Below are positions 13,895 through 28,904 of a DNA stretch of 64,000 nt, piece after piece. Position 1 is the first letter of the stretch. The number at the start of each line of letters is the position of its first letter. Location: positions 375,782,001 through 375,846,000 of the forward strand of contig OZ024740.1 in assembly GCA_964016885.1 (NCBI GenBank), in the 5' to 3' direction. The notes under the pieces are model-generated. The model saw only the letters and a list, made by a program, of their open reading frames with translations, was not told the DNA's origin and did no database searches. A program made the position numbers and the translations under genes. The stretch is from Eledone cirrhosa (taxonomy: Eukaryota).

Positions 13895-13934
13895 AATATG
13901 GTTTTATAAATATAGTTTCCATTTATTTAATATC

Positions 13935-13971
<37 letters not shown>

Positions 13972-14891
13972 CGTATAGCACGGAGCATATGTTCATAAAC
14001 ACACATGCGCCGTGTTGTATTATGACAGTATTGTATTAGCTCAATGTACAAAAGCAGAGCCGTTATATTTAAAAGAAACCAACTACTGACAATTCCACTT
14101 CTATTTAACCCCTAGACATTCGGGACATATGTAACCGATTGATCTAGCCTATACTGTTAATATACATGTGTAGTAACTCTTTGCCAGGTGTTTTACAATA
14201 AATAATATTGTGGCGATTTTGCTTCAGCTCTATCTTACAGTAACCCCGCTTTGCTTGTGTATAGTTTGCTTTATATGTGGTGCCTCTCGATATACTAGTT
14301 ATACTCAGCTCTATCCTGTAATAACCATAATTTACTTGTGTATGTCTTGCAAATCTGTTATACCTGTCTATAAGCTTGTGGAACACCCATGGGCTACGTA
14401 ATTCGGGTACCTACCAGTATACCTTGTATATGTATACCATGGCGGGGATTTTGATTACTGTGGTCTTTTTGGATGTACGTTAAGAACCTATCAGTGCTTA
14501 TATAACTATACTTTACGGAGATCCTATTCACTCGTTTTATTAGGGAGCAGCGCTGAATTTCCTCTGGCTTTTTTATGTGCTGAAAACTCTTTCTTTTATC
14601 TTCGTTCTGTTCTCATTTCTTTTAAAATAAAAAAAAAGTGTTTACCTTTTTATTTGCTTTTTATCTCTTTATATTATCTTCCTTTTTATTTTTTTATTAT
14701 TATTATATTATTTTTTTTAATTATGTTTTAACCATTGTTTGTATTTTTGGCTTTTGTGTGTCATCAATTGTATCTGCATCTTGTGCCCTAGCTTTTGGCT
14801 GTGGTGTTTAACAACCCCAACACGTACTCCCTCTATTGTACTCCGATTGTTCGTGTGACTAAGCCTGGTAGAACTTATACTCAGCCCTGTG

Positions 14892-14951
14892 TTTATTAAG
14901 CTCTGAGGAATCCTACCAAACGGTATGGATGAAACATTGTAAGCAAATAAA
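14892..14951 (+). ncRNA. Minimal type I hammerhead ribozyme
   Basis: TTATTAAGCT-CTGAGGA-ATCCTACC AAAC GGTATGGAT-GAAA-CATTG-TA-AGCAAATAA. Confidence 0.75.
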
Positions 14952-15000
14952 ACTGTTTGAGTATGTAAGCGTTCTTTGGTTTCATTTAATAAAGAAAAAG

Positions 15001-15074
<74 letters not shown>

Positions 15075-15196
15075 TTTGTTAACATTTTGAATAACATTAA
15101 AAATTACATGAAAATATTTTTTAACTATTGAGTTAAATTGTAAAATTGTAAAATTGTATTCGTTGCGTAATCAACGAACCACACTAATCTTTGGTC

Positions 15197-15400
<204 letters not shown>

Positions 15401-15714
15401 TGTGTTATCACATTTTGTTTTACATGTACCAAGTTTCATTAAACATTGCTTTTAGAATTGCGATATTCGTACTCTGATATCCTTTATGTGGTATACATGG
15501 CCAATATAAGATTAATAAAATGTTCGACGACTTCATTTCCAAGTGTATGGCCAAAACATTTACGAGTAGAATTTTCAATTAAATTTATCTGTCATATGAC
15601 TAACATTCTCTTGTCCACTGTATGGTTTACATTTTCATGTGAAAATACTGCCTCATAATTAATTGTCCTTATGAGAGCATACAGCCGTTTTCCTGGATAA
15701 CCATTAAAGGTGCT

Positions 15715-15860
15715 ATTGCTGGTATTCATTTTCAGCTGAGTATACTGGGGCAACATGAAATGAAGTGTTTTGCTCAAGAACACAACATTCATCCCAAGAA
15801 TCGAATATACGTCATTATGATCGTAAGCCCAACACCCTTACCACTAGGCCAAATGCCTCT
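15715..15860 (-). mobile_element. Second tRNA-derived SINE family, decayed
   Basis: Minus strand GAGGCATTTGGCCTAGTGGTAAGGG (A box) ... GTATATTCGATTC (B-box-like) ... TTCTTGAGCAAAACACTTCATTTC. Confidence 0.6.
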
Positions 15861-15974
15861 ACACACATATATATATACATATGTGTGTGTGTGTGTACCC
15901 CGCTTCAATCGAGGGTGACAGCAGTAAGTAAGCTACTCAATACATAGTAGAGTACATAATGTTTATTATAGATA

Positions 15975-16028
15975 TGGCTTCTACAGGACTAGAACTGTTT
16001 CATTCAAAGGAAATCATCAGGAAAGCCA
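15975..16028 (-). ncRNA. Type I hammerhead motif, slightly degenerate, in the inverted 5' arm of a PLE relic
   Basis: TGGCTTTC-CTGATGA-TTTC CTTT GAAT-GAAA-CAG TTCTAGTC CTG-TA-GAAGCCA. Confidence 0.65.
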
Positions 16029-16119
16029 ACAGTTATTTTGATATGGTGGTATTTATAAATTGTCTGGTGGTAGAGGAAGCTGGTGATTGGTATATATATA
16101 TGTATATATATACCAATCA

Positions 16120-16470
16120 CCTGCACTCATTTCATTGAAGGCAACAAGTATACATTTCAATCAGACAAAATTTTGCTGGAAAAAATTACTTCACTTGCTC
16201 ATCAAAAAATTTACTTTATGCCATTAAATGTAAAGGATGCAATGAAGATTACATATGACAAACTAAACTCACACTCAGAAACAGAATGACAGTTTATCGC
16301 CGACAATTACTAGATCCAACCACTAAGTGCACATCTAGTCATATGCGAAAGTAATAAGACACCCAAATTCAAAGTCTTCCCATTTTACCTTGGTGGTGAC
16401 AATACAACAGATCAAATAAGAATAAATAAGGAAAATATGTTTATTCAAAAATATTTCTATTAACGGAAAC
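16120..16470 (+). mobile_element. PLE GIY-YIG relic (second family)
   Basis: Hand translation from ~16208: NLLYAIKCKGCNEDYI*QTKLTLRNRMTVYRRQ, then a later PKFKVFPFY segment. Confidence 0.7.
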
Positions 16471-17223
16471 ATTTTCCTACACACACACACAGAAAATATA
16501 TATTCTCTTCATCTTAACATGCTAACCATACTACCACACACACATAACACCCATACAACACACATCACACCCCACCCCCAACACCCCACACACACATCAA
16601 CCTCCCCCATTTGTACTAATAGAATCACTTTCCTACACACATACAGAAACCCAAAATATATATATTCTCTCCCTCTTCACATACTCCCACACACACACAC
16701 AACTCCCTCCCCCCATTTCTACTAATAGAATTATCTTCCTACACACACACACACACACACACACACAAGCACACAAATAAACATACATATCTCTACTTTC
16801 TTTATTTCAATAGAAAGTCTGAATTCTGACACCCCAGCGAACCAGCCATATTCACTGAACCAGAACAATTCTCCCCATCCCATTTCTCTTGACCATTATC
16901 TTTTGTTTGTCATAAAATTCTCTAAAAGGCTACAAGGTAAATTCCCAAATACGGGCGCGATTTTTAATGAACTTGTGCACGTGACAGTCATAATTTCATT
17001 TATAACCAATCAAATTACATTTATAACAAAAAGCCTTCGTGAGCCACTTTTTTTTGAAGTAAAAAGAAATTCAAACAAACTGGCGCGAAAGGTGATGTGC
17101 TTATTCACGTGACTGCATCAACCAAACAAACTTCATTCATATATGAAAAAAAAACAACTTGAGCTCGTTGAGTGCTCCAGCCTGCATACCGAGGTGTTGG
17201 TATACAACCAACATAAACTCAAA

Positions 17224-17262
<39 letters not shown>

Positions 17263-17263
<1 letters not shown>

Positions 17264-17455
17264 AATAATTGTTTCTACTTTTGGCACAAGGCCAGCAATT
17301 ATCCCAGTGTATTACTGGTACTTTATTTTATCGACCCCGTAAGGATGAAAGGCAAAGTTAACCTCGGCGGGATTTGAACTCAATCCGTAAAGGGACGTAA
17401 CTGTGCTGCAAAGCATGGCGTTCGACCCTCTACCGATACTGCCAATTCCCCGCCC
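17263..17455 (-). mobile_element. tRNA-derived SINE, full length
   Basis: Same family as 3832-4216. Confidence 0.85.
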
Positions 17456-17715
17456 TTATATATATAATAATAATACTATTTATAGTTATGTATATAGTAT
17501 AAACAACTATAAACAGGAAGGTAAGTAATTTCTTAATGACCTTATTACCAGTAAGAGAAATAGCTCAATGTATGAACATCAGTTGTTTTACAGAGCAGTT
17601 AAATAAATAAATTATTCAATTATCAAAGTTGTGGTCATATCATTTAGTAGCTGACAATCGTTTCTTCCAAAGTCTCGTTTAATAGGAGGGTAATTATATG
17701 TGCAAACATTGATAA

Positions 17716-17762
17716 AGCTCCGATGACTCCAAACGAGTGTTTGGAAGAAACGATTGTCAGCT
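17716..17762 (+). ncRNA. Hammerhead-like motif with CCGAUGA core
   Basis: AGCT-CCGATGA-CTCCAAAC GAGT GTTTGGAA-GAAA-CGATT-GTC-AGCT; paralog with CCGATGA at 32295-32301. Confidence 0.55.
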
Positions 17763-17798
17763 ATTAAATGATTTGAACACAACTTTGATAATTGTATA

Positions 17799-17860
<62 letters not shown>

Positions 17861-17869
17861 ATAATAATA

Positions 17870-19210
<1,341 letters not shown>

Positions 19211-19218
19211 ATATATAT

Positions 19219-20464
19219 AATAACAGTGGTACCCGGCGTTGCACAGGACAAGGTATTTTTTAACGCGGGCCGCCAACAGATCTAATCGTGGAAAAACTGC
19301 ATGCCTAGACAATATGTAAAGAAAATAAACCGAATACTCTGAAGGCTGGATAATCTTTAAGATTTTTCTCGATGTAGCATGAAAAATGCAGCTTTTCACC
19401 TAATGCAGGCCCTAGAGCATCAAGAAAATGAATTTTTTTATGTGCATAATATGCCTTTGAAATTTCAGAAATATCGGCTAGAAGTAACGCCTAGAAAAGG
19501 TGAATAACACTCCCTGAAACATAACGCGGGCCGCCAACAGACCCAATCGTGGTAAAACTGCATGCCTGGACAATATGTAAAGAAAATAAACCGAATACTC
19601 TGATGCAATTAGTATTAGGTATGCTTCTCATTCCACGTGGAGAAAAAAAGGTGGCATGACTCAGCAGGACAGATGTCACCACTTATATTAGAGGGAAGTC
19701 TGCAATGCTTGAACAAGGCATGGCGTGCAATCTGACAGCATGTGGAGCCTTCTCGAAGGAGTCCACGGAACCTTAGTAAGTAAACTGGACAAACGTTTAC
19801 AAAACTGTGGGTATAATTTAACAAATTTAAGGAGGAATTGTGCAATAAAATGGGCCCCGAGGCGTGTGCGCATTTACTGGCATCCCTAAACGAAAGGGTC
19901 GCTATCAGTTATTTCAAAGGCCCTTAAAAGGGCTGTGTGAGCTGTTTACTCTCAGCCCTGTAAGGATGGGTAACCATCAACAATTTCAAGTTGTAGCCCT
20001 AAAAAGGGCCATGTGAGCGTTCACATGTAGCCCTTAATAGTGACTTGGACTGCGTTCTCCGACATTTGAAGGAGGGTGTTACGATTGCTTCCACTGGTAG
20101 CCTTTAGAATGAATCAGAATGCGTTTGACGCGCCGAGTGCGATGCAGACAGCCAGACATACAGACATATATTATAAGGGGGCATTCTGGAGGCAGAGAGA
20201 ATTGTGGGAATTGATGTAATGCAGACAGCCAGACATACAGAAAGATATTATAAGGAGAAAGACTAAGAATTATAGAGAGAGATCGCTAAATCACCAAATA
20301 CGATCCCTAGGACATTGAAAGTTTGAAATTATTTTTGCTCAGAACACTTCCTGAAGCATAAGTATTACATGTGTAAAGTTTAAAAATAGTCAATTGGGTG
20401 CTTCTCAAATTTTAGGGATTCAAACTCACACACACACATACTTTCTCAGTTTTATATATATAGA
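19219..20464 (-). mobile_element. Non-autonomous Helitron, decayed 3' end
   Basis: Minus 5' end TCTATATATATAAAACTGAG (same start type as 11433). 3' subterminal TGCAACGCCGGGTACC. Internal duplication 19260-19345 / 19520-19605. Confidence 0.65.
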
Positions 20465-20636
20465 TAGATATAATAAAAAAGAAATAAAATTCGCTCTACA
20501 TGGACAATAAATGTAATCTGAGTTTTTCGAATATTAATAATAACATTCGATTCGTTTGTAATTTTGCAAACAAGCCTCAATTTTATAGCCATGTCAGTAG
20601 AATGAACACTTCATTCTTGCTCTTGTGTTGGCATGC

Positions 20637-20698
20637 GAACAGAACTGCAGACGCTGATGTTTCAGGGTATCACCCTTCATCAGTACAGCTCACTGTTC
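20637..20698 (-). ncRNA. Type I hammerhead ribozyme, canonical core
   Basis: GAACAG TGA GCTGTA-CTGATGA-AGGG TGATA CCCT-GAAA-CATCAGC-GTC-TGCAGT T CTGTTC. Confidence 0.85.
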
Positions 20699-21077
20699 AC
20701 CTGCCAAACTGTCAGAGCTAGTGAAAATATATGCTATTTTCAAATATACACAGTGACTGATCGGCCTGACTTGCATGTTAGCGGAATGGCTGATCAGTCA
20801 GATCTGCATATTAGCAGATCCACTGATCAGCCAGATTTGCATATCAGCAGACTGGCCAGTCAGTTTCCTGCATACAATCGATAAATGGCCGTCTTTGCTA
20901 AATTCAAATATAAAAGAAAAAGAACATTTCGCTCTACATGGCTAAATACAATAAATGTAATCTGAGTTTTTCGAATATTAATAATAATATTCGATTCGTT
21001 TGCAATTATGCAAACAAGCCTCAATGTTATAACCATGACAGAAGAATGAACACTTCATTCTTGCTCTTGTGTTGGCA

Positions 21078-21139
21078 GAACAGAACTGCAGACACTGATG
21101 TTTCTGGGTATCACCCTTCATCAGTACAGATTACTGTTC
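21078..21139 (-). ncRNA. Type I hammerhead ribozyme, tandem partner
   Basis: Same as 20637-20698 with one stem II mismatch. Confidence 0.75.
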
Positions 21140-21288
21140 ACCTGCCAAACTGTCAGAGCTAGTAAACACAAGAGCAAGAATGAAGTGTTCATTCTACTGA
21201 CATGACTATAATATTGAGGCTTCTTTGCAAAACTTCAAACGAATCGCATGTTATTATTAATATTCGAAAAATATACATAAATAAATAA

Positions 21289-21337
<49 letters not shown>

Positions 21338-21380
21338 GCAATACTGTTGGCTTTTTGCTACAATATTTTCTATACCTTTC

Positions 21381-21423
<43 letters not shown>

Positions 21424-21429
21424 AATAAA

Positions 21430-21683
21430 TTTGAAAACCAAAACAATGCCTTGGGAAGAACGTTAAATCACCAACATAACTAATAAAGTTACCTTAGTAA
21501 ATTTAACGATCCCGGTTTTAAATGTAACGAACGGGTTTAAAAGCCCGTTAAAAACCCATTAAGAACACAAAACCTAACCCTAATCCGATAATATTTGGGA
21601 TCGTTAAATTTGCTAAGGTATGATTCTTTTGTTATCTTTGCAATTTAGCGTTCTTCCTAACGCATTGTTTTGGTTTTCAAAAT
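21430..21683. mobile_element. MITE-like element with ~85-bp imperfect inverted repeats
   Basis: TTTGAAAACCAAAACAATGC...AAATTTAACGATCCC versus GGGATCGTTAAATTT...GCATTGTTTTGGTTTTCAAA. Confidence 0.55.
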
Positions 21684-21745
21684 TATCTCAATTTCTGTTT
21701 CCTATTCATCAACAATGCTTCAAGCAAGCTACAAAACTCTGTTGT

Positions 21746-21786
<41 letters not shown>

Positions 21787-22652
21787 GCATGGAAAAAAAA
21801 GTCGGTGTAAGCAAGCTGTTAAAACAGCAAAATACCGCCGAAATAGCGTTGGGATAAACTTTACCTCGAAGGATAGAAATCTGCGGCTCGAAGTGAGCTG
21901 GTTCGAAGATTGATAGAAAGTAAAAATAGAATGGATGCGAGGAGACACCAATATTTCAATACACTCGTCAGCTTTCAAACCACCTGCAGTTTCATTCTTT
22001 GAAGCTTCAGGTGGTCTAAAAGCTTTGAGCCACCTCACTACGAGCCGCTGATTTCTGTTTTCCGAGGCAATGTTTTACCCAAAGGCGTTTCGACGGAATG
22101 TATGTATGCATGTGGCCTTCGAGGAGGGGTAAATGGAGGTGTGAGTGTAGATATTTCTGCATGGAAAATGTCTTCATTTTCGATAAAGATATTGAATACA
22201 ATACAAAATTAAAGATTTAGAATATAAATACTAATATTAGCAAAATCCATGACATATACCTTACACATCCTAAAAATATGAGAACAGATAAAAAGGGAAT
22301 GGAACTATGAGTAATGTTGAAGATATATTTTCAAACCGTAATGATATTTTACTTAACGTCATCTTAGAATCCTTTCTATCCGCTACATGAACGTTGCTAA
22401 AGAAATTGCCACACAAACCACTCTGTCATATATGACGCAAATAAGATAAGCTTGAGAACAGTTACATTTTTTTCAAACTAAACATGAAAGACTAATAAGG
22501 AAATATAGAAAATAATTACTAAAATAGATTAAACGCGTACATACATAGTCAGGCATAAAATATGATACTCGCTCACAAACACGAACACACGGTCGCGCAC
22601 AACACATAACCACACACATATATAATTATATAAATACATACTATACATACAG

Positions 22653-22708
<56 letters not shown>

Positions 22709-24304
22709 TTTCCAGATGATTCATCAAAGTCTGTCGTTTCTTTCATAATGTGATTGAAAAAATGTAAATAGTGATCAAGTTGATAATGACGTTTGAAGAC
22801 GCATGATCTATGAAGCATTGTTAATTACAACTGATTTATATATCACTTCAGGAATTATGATATTAATAGGCATCACACGACAATTATATTCGATGAATGG
22901 TAAGATAATACCCAGAGTATTCTACCCGGGACACAACTGATGTATATAAAATATTTTACTTTGCTACAATTAACAGTATTCAAACGTTCAATTTAAGATA
23001 ATAGTTGCCGCTACATTCTTCAGTCTTTTTCATTTTTCCTTAATCGATATGAGAAATAATACTAATTATGAGATGTCCAAAATAAATGAAACTAGTAAAG
23101 GTCATATTGAACAGTTAACGGAATTTAACGAGATTTGTTTTTAATTGACCTTCTCAAAAATGCAATTAACGCAGGAGATCCATTAAAGTAATGATTTAAT
23201 GAAATGTTGTTGCTATTACCTTCCGAATAAATGACTTTTCATGTTTGCATCATTACTGAAATCTAAAGAAGAAGCTTCCTGTTTTGAGTGGAATACAACA
23301 CTGGTTTATCAGAATTCCGAAGTGATATTTTTTTTAATTTTGAATCAAGGTATATCGACATTACAAACGCCTCAACCAATTTAAAGCTGTCTTATATCAG
23401 ATGAATTTCTAGAACTAGATAATAATCAGATACGATCGTGCGGAAATGATCTTTATAATTGTTACAGCTAAATTATCTTGTTAGCTGCATATTTACATAA
23501 TGCGTGTATGTATAATGTGTGTGTGTATAATGTTTGTCGGTAATTCCTCTGAGTCTTCAAATTATAGTGAAGCCCCATCTTGTGATGTCAATGTTGTAAA
23601 ACATACACCAATATAGCAAGAATAAAATCCCACATCCAATACACCATGTGAACATGGACGTAGGAAAGGGGAGCATGCAAAACCTGAGAATCGGCACTGC
23701 TTCAAACCGTGCTATATATTCAGAGTCATGCATACTTACGAGATACGAAACTATGGAACTTGAAACGTTATAATTTCGCTGGTTTGCGCAATGCACTAAT
23801 TAACCCAGTGAAAGATATACTGACTCTCTAATACCAAATAGTCCGTGTACCGATAATTTATATTTATGTCTCCACTATTTTATTATTCACTCGCTTTTCC
23901 ATCGCAGGTGTATTTAATCCTAAATAGTATATTAATAAAGAATGTATCATCTTTAGAAGTGTTTACCCATAGCACAATTGAGAAAAAAACATAAATTTAA
24001 ATCTACAATAATTGGATGAGCAATGTTGATATAAAAATGGTTATCATCACTATGATGGGAAATATTCCTTTAATAAATAATGAGATCCAAATAACCTTCA
24101 TCTAAATGATACTTTGAATATATGATATAGAATAAGAAATGACACTATCTGATATAAAACAGGAACTACATTTCGGAATTTAATCGTAACTATTTTCATC
24201 ATATACAATGATAATGCTCTTCAGAACTGCATAAACATCTTATAATTTATTTCCTGCACCTTAAGATGACACGCCCACACACAAATGCATTCACACACAC
24301 ACAT

Positions 24305-24335
<31 letters not shown>

Positions 24336-24355
24336 CATACATACATATATATGAA

Positions 24356-24446
<91 letters not shown>

Positions 24447-25437
24447 ATGCACCTGCATACGTTTGTTTATAATCTATATATATATTTAATCACTAAACAA
24501 TTATATATTATACTCGCACACCTTCAGATATTAGGTGATCTACTGTTGCTTTCACATAATATAAAAATGATGTGCAATTTAGTTGGTGATTTTAATATGT
24601 TCAGTTCAAAATTCACATCGGAATATAGAATAACAACTACATAGAGACTTGCATTTTCTATCGTGCTCATCTTGTTATATTCAACTGACTACGATGTATA
24701 TCTTATATATTAAATGAATTAATAAATTATATACAATCCCTTGCGTATTCCTTTCCTGACATTTGGGTTCTTGGAATACGGAACATTAGTGCATCCACCC
24801 CACACCTCCCAGCACAGGTTTCAGGGCCATCGTTTGTTCTTGCAGACTACAAAATGTTTTTTGATCAGGCCCCTCTAACCTAAGACCTGAACAACGCACT
24901 TGTTATCCTATCGAAAGGACTATGTAGTACAACTGTCTTTATTGTGTCTAGCCCTATGCATGATGTTGGTGGTATTATTTGCGCTAGTGACTAATTTGAT
25001 ACTTTTCCCAGACCTGCGAAACCTAGGCGTTTTTAGAGCTGGCATTATTCGGCTCGTCGAGGCTACATCATTGTTTCAATCATTATTTCAATCTAATTTT
25101 GCTTGTTTTATGTTGGATTAGGCGTTCTACTTCAATGAGTGTGTGAGTAATTTCTAGTTCCCCAACAATCTTAACAATGTTGTTGCTCTCCACTTGACGC
25201 TAAAAAAACATGGCATTATTCTAGCGTAATATTACTTGCTTACCTTAACAACACTTACGAGAGAGTTTTCAACTGAAATCCGACATGTGGCTTATATTTT
25301 GTAGTACTAAAAACCATATACCTACTGATTTGAACACGCATTTTATTTGCTATTTACCTTGGTTATTTCAGCTATGGCAGTTAATATATTTTTTTGTATA
25401 TGGTTCGAAACAACTGTATATGAATAAATAGTAATGT

Positions 25438-25617
25438 AAGTAATAATTGTTTCTACGTTAGGCACAAGGCCAGCAATTACCCAGTGCATTACTGGTACTT
25501 TATTTTATCGACCCCGTAAGGATGAAAGTTAACCTCGGCGGGATTTGAACTCAGAATGGCAAGGGCCGTAACTCTATACGTCAAAGCATGTTGTCCGACC
25601 TTCTACCAATACTGCCA
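25438..25617 (-). mobile_element. tRNA-derived SINE
   Basis: Family match; (AAT) tail. Confidence 0.85.
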
Positions 25618-26460
25618 AAATGTTATATTTTGATTATTGATTTTTTTAAACTAAATAAACCTTTCTTTGATCAAATATTTCCAGTGTGTTGTAGATATTC
25701 GAAGCACAGTTGTATATTATAAAACTTTAAACAGTGAATTATTCTTACACAAACACTTAGAATATGCGAAATAAAGTCGCATGATGTAATTGGTGCAAAA
25801 TAATTGGAAATTGACACGCAAATCAAGGCGAAAATTTAGACTATATTGTTTAAGAGCAAAATAATTTTGAACATCTTTGTAATTAAATACTATAATTTCC
25901 GAAAACAAATCTTCAAACTCGTGATGTGCAAAAACATTATCCTCAGCAAATGCAAACTTAATTGTATGTAATATGAGTTTCGCTTTTTATGATCCATGTT
26001 TAATCAAATGTATTCGGACTATTTTCTGTCGCTGATGATTTTAACGTCATTCGTAATACTTAATACAAATGCAAAATAAGATATAAAAGTAGTCCTTAAT
26101 CATACGATGGTAAGAGCCAAATGTTCATCAAATATAAATGGATTGTTATATATGGAACATTAATATTTCTCCTCGCAAACGATCTGGAGAAGTGCAGAGA
26201 AGTGCATATGTTCCGACTTGTCGCATTTTGGATTATCTTATAATATGTTGGCACAGTGTTACTACAGTTATCCGTGTGCCACGGCATATGTGTCCAGTTT
26301 TATTGCATCTCTTGCTTTTGATACTTGATGTGTGTAGTGTGTGGTAAAAATTGGTGTATGCAATATTAATGAAAGGTGACATATCCATGTAAGGCTATAT
26401 CTTCAAATGACGGTGCATCTAAAAGCAGGTTAAAATAAATGATATCATTAAGTGCAAGTC

Positions 26461-27123
26461 AAATAATTGTTTCTACTTTAGGCACAAGGCCAGCAAGTAC
26501 CCAGTGCATTACTGGTACTGTATTTTATCGACCCTGTAATGATGAAAGGCAAAGTAAACCTCGGCGCTATTTGAACTCAGATCGTAAAGGGTCGTAACTA
26601 TGGTGGAAAGCATGGCGTCCGACTCTCTACCGATACTGCCAATCCACCGCCCTTTTTAATAATTGTTTCTACTTTACGCACAAGGCCAGCAATTAACCAG
26701 TGCATTACTGGTGTTTTATTTTATCGACTCCGTAAGGATGAAAGGCAAAGTCAACCTCGGCGGGATTTGAACTCAGATCGTAAAGGGACATAACTATGCG
26801 GGAAAGCCTGGCGTCCGACCCTGTACCGATACTGCCAATCCACCGCCCTCGTGTTCAAGTCAAATAATATTGACTAGTGCTGACGATGCATGTGAATATA
26901 AAAGTCAGATATGAATTAAATACATAATCAAATGAATAACTGTTTCTACTTTTGGCAGAAGGCCAGCAATTATCCCAGTGTATTACTGGTACTTTATTTT
27001 ATTGACCCCATAAGGATGAAAGGCAAAGTTAACCTTGGTGGTATTGGAAATCAGACCATAAAAGGCCGTAACACATTGGTGCAAAGCATGGCGTCCGACC
27101 CTCTACCGATACTGCCAATCCAC
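26461..27123 (-). mobile_element. Cluster of three SINEs (26461-26652, 26657-26848, 26935-27123)
   Basis: Family match. TCAAGTCAAATAAT/GCAAGTCAAATAAT flanks the first pair as a probable TSD. Confidence 0.85.
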
Positions 27124-28904
27124 TCATAATGATATATATTGTTACAGAAAAGATCAGGGGACATAACTGGAATTACTTTGTTGACTGCACATTTTATTTG
27201 GATTAAATTGTATCATAATTATGTAATATTAGTTGAATTATATATATGTGATAACGTAATGAATTCAAAGAAGCGCGAGTGTAATATATTATTTTAATGT
27301 GAGAGAAAGCAATTTGTGATGTAAAGGAAAACAGGGAAACGGGGGTAAGGGACTTATCACTACGTTAAAGTCGTCCAAGACTAACACTTGGTTGTCTTAA
27401 AATAATCTAACACAAAAACATCGTTGTGTTAAACTGATCTAAATCTAAAACTTGAAATCATTTGTTCTAAATTCACCGGCGAAATTAATAAAATGTCGAT
27501 ACCAATAAAACAAGGATGTAGACAGGGGAGGTAAATATTATGTTGGGCTAAACTGGAACAGAAGTTATATTAAAATGTTAAAGATGGGTTAAATTATGCT
27601 AACAAAATTACACTCAAAGTACTAGCACATACTATATAGGTTAATGTCATGTAAAAGGACATACTAAGGTAAAAAGTCCGGTGGCTAAAAGATTTCGCAC
27701 TAGGAGTACAAATGAAATGTTGAGAAAGGCGTGAATAATTAAATTATAAACTAAAGGTAAATTGTATAACCTAAGCTATTGATATAGGGGGAAAATGAAT
27801 ATATGTGAAAAAGTAAATTTCTAAACAAATTTTTTTTAATCTTTTAGAAAATCGCTAAATGTGAGAGCAAATGGTAATGATATTTTCATTTTTAACATTT
27901 TCAATTAACTTTATTGGATAATTAAAGTCTTTAAAATGACAAAATGGATAATTTGGGAGTAGTGACAACAAAATTAAACGGCAGACTAAATTTCATTGAA
28001 ATATATGTAGATTATGAATGAATTCCGACTTCGTTTGCTAAAACGATATAATTTGCTATGATCATACTTTCTTTCAAATTATGTTCCTTAATTTATAATG
28101 AAACATTTAAGTAGAAAATTAAGGCTCACACGTCAGAAATTCCGATTCATTCCGGTAAATTCCGTTACAACCAACCAAAGGCAAGGGTATTGAACTGAAT
28201 GACAGATATAATTCACCACCTGAGAAGAGCTTGGTTGAATTTGAACTCAATATATAAAGAGGCAAAATAAAGAGCACAGAGCAATTTATAATGTTAGAAT
28301 CCTTTAGTTACTACAATGATTATGACATCGCAACAAGCATTTGAAAGAACGTATGAGGTGTGGTAATTATATATATAATTTCACTAATGTTAAAACCATA
28401 TTTTATAGGCTAATATTTTGACATCCTTAGGCAGGAGGAATAATGTAGATAAATGAATCATTTATTAGAATCATTGTGTGTGAAGTGATAATCATTAATC
28501 TATTCTCTCATATCTTATATAAATTACGTATATGTATCATGTCATCATATGTTATCATGAATCAGGAAATTTGTATCATATGTATATGAAATATATATTC
28601 CTATATTTACTTGAAATTACCTCATAACAAACGTATTTATTTAACCGTACAGTTTAGGATATTAGTTTACACATTTCAGTTTAACAGTATGACCAGGAAA
28701 CATATATGCAGCATTTCCAAAAGGACAAACGCACATGTGTACACTGGTGGATGATATTATATATATATACTGTATATATATATATATATAATATAAAGAT
28801 TTACATATACACAAACTAGACAAAGTCACAGATATATATGTTTTTGTTTTGGCAACCATTCACGATGTGGCTCAATGATGAATTAATACATTAATTAATC
28901 AGAG

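Larger units (their letters stand above)
20480..21270 (-). mobile_element. HHR-bearing 441-bp tandem repeat (1.5 units) plus an inverted arm at 21163-21270; retrozyme/pLTR-like
   Basis: Direct repeat with 441-bp period and one hammerhead per unit; three 33-bp octamer-like subrepeats at 20757-20855. Confidence 0.75.

Noticed and set aside
16254-16258. In-frame TGA in GIY-YIG as possible selenocysteine
   Set aside because: It replaces the Gly of YIG (GGA to TGA), which is ordinary decay.
21572-21583. CCTAACCCTAA telomeric motif
   Set aside because: Under two units; too short to be meaningful.
21940-21975. Minus-strand CTGACGA...GAAA
   Set aside because: No credible stem II or stem I.
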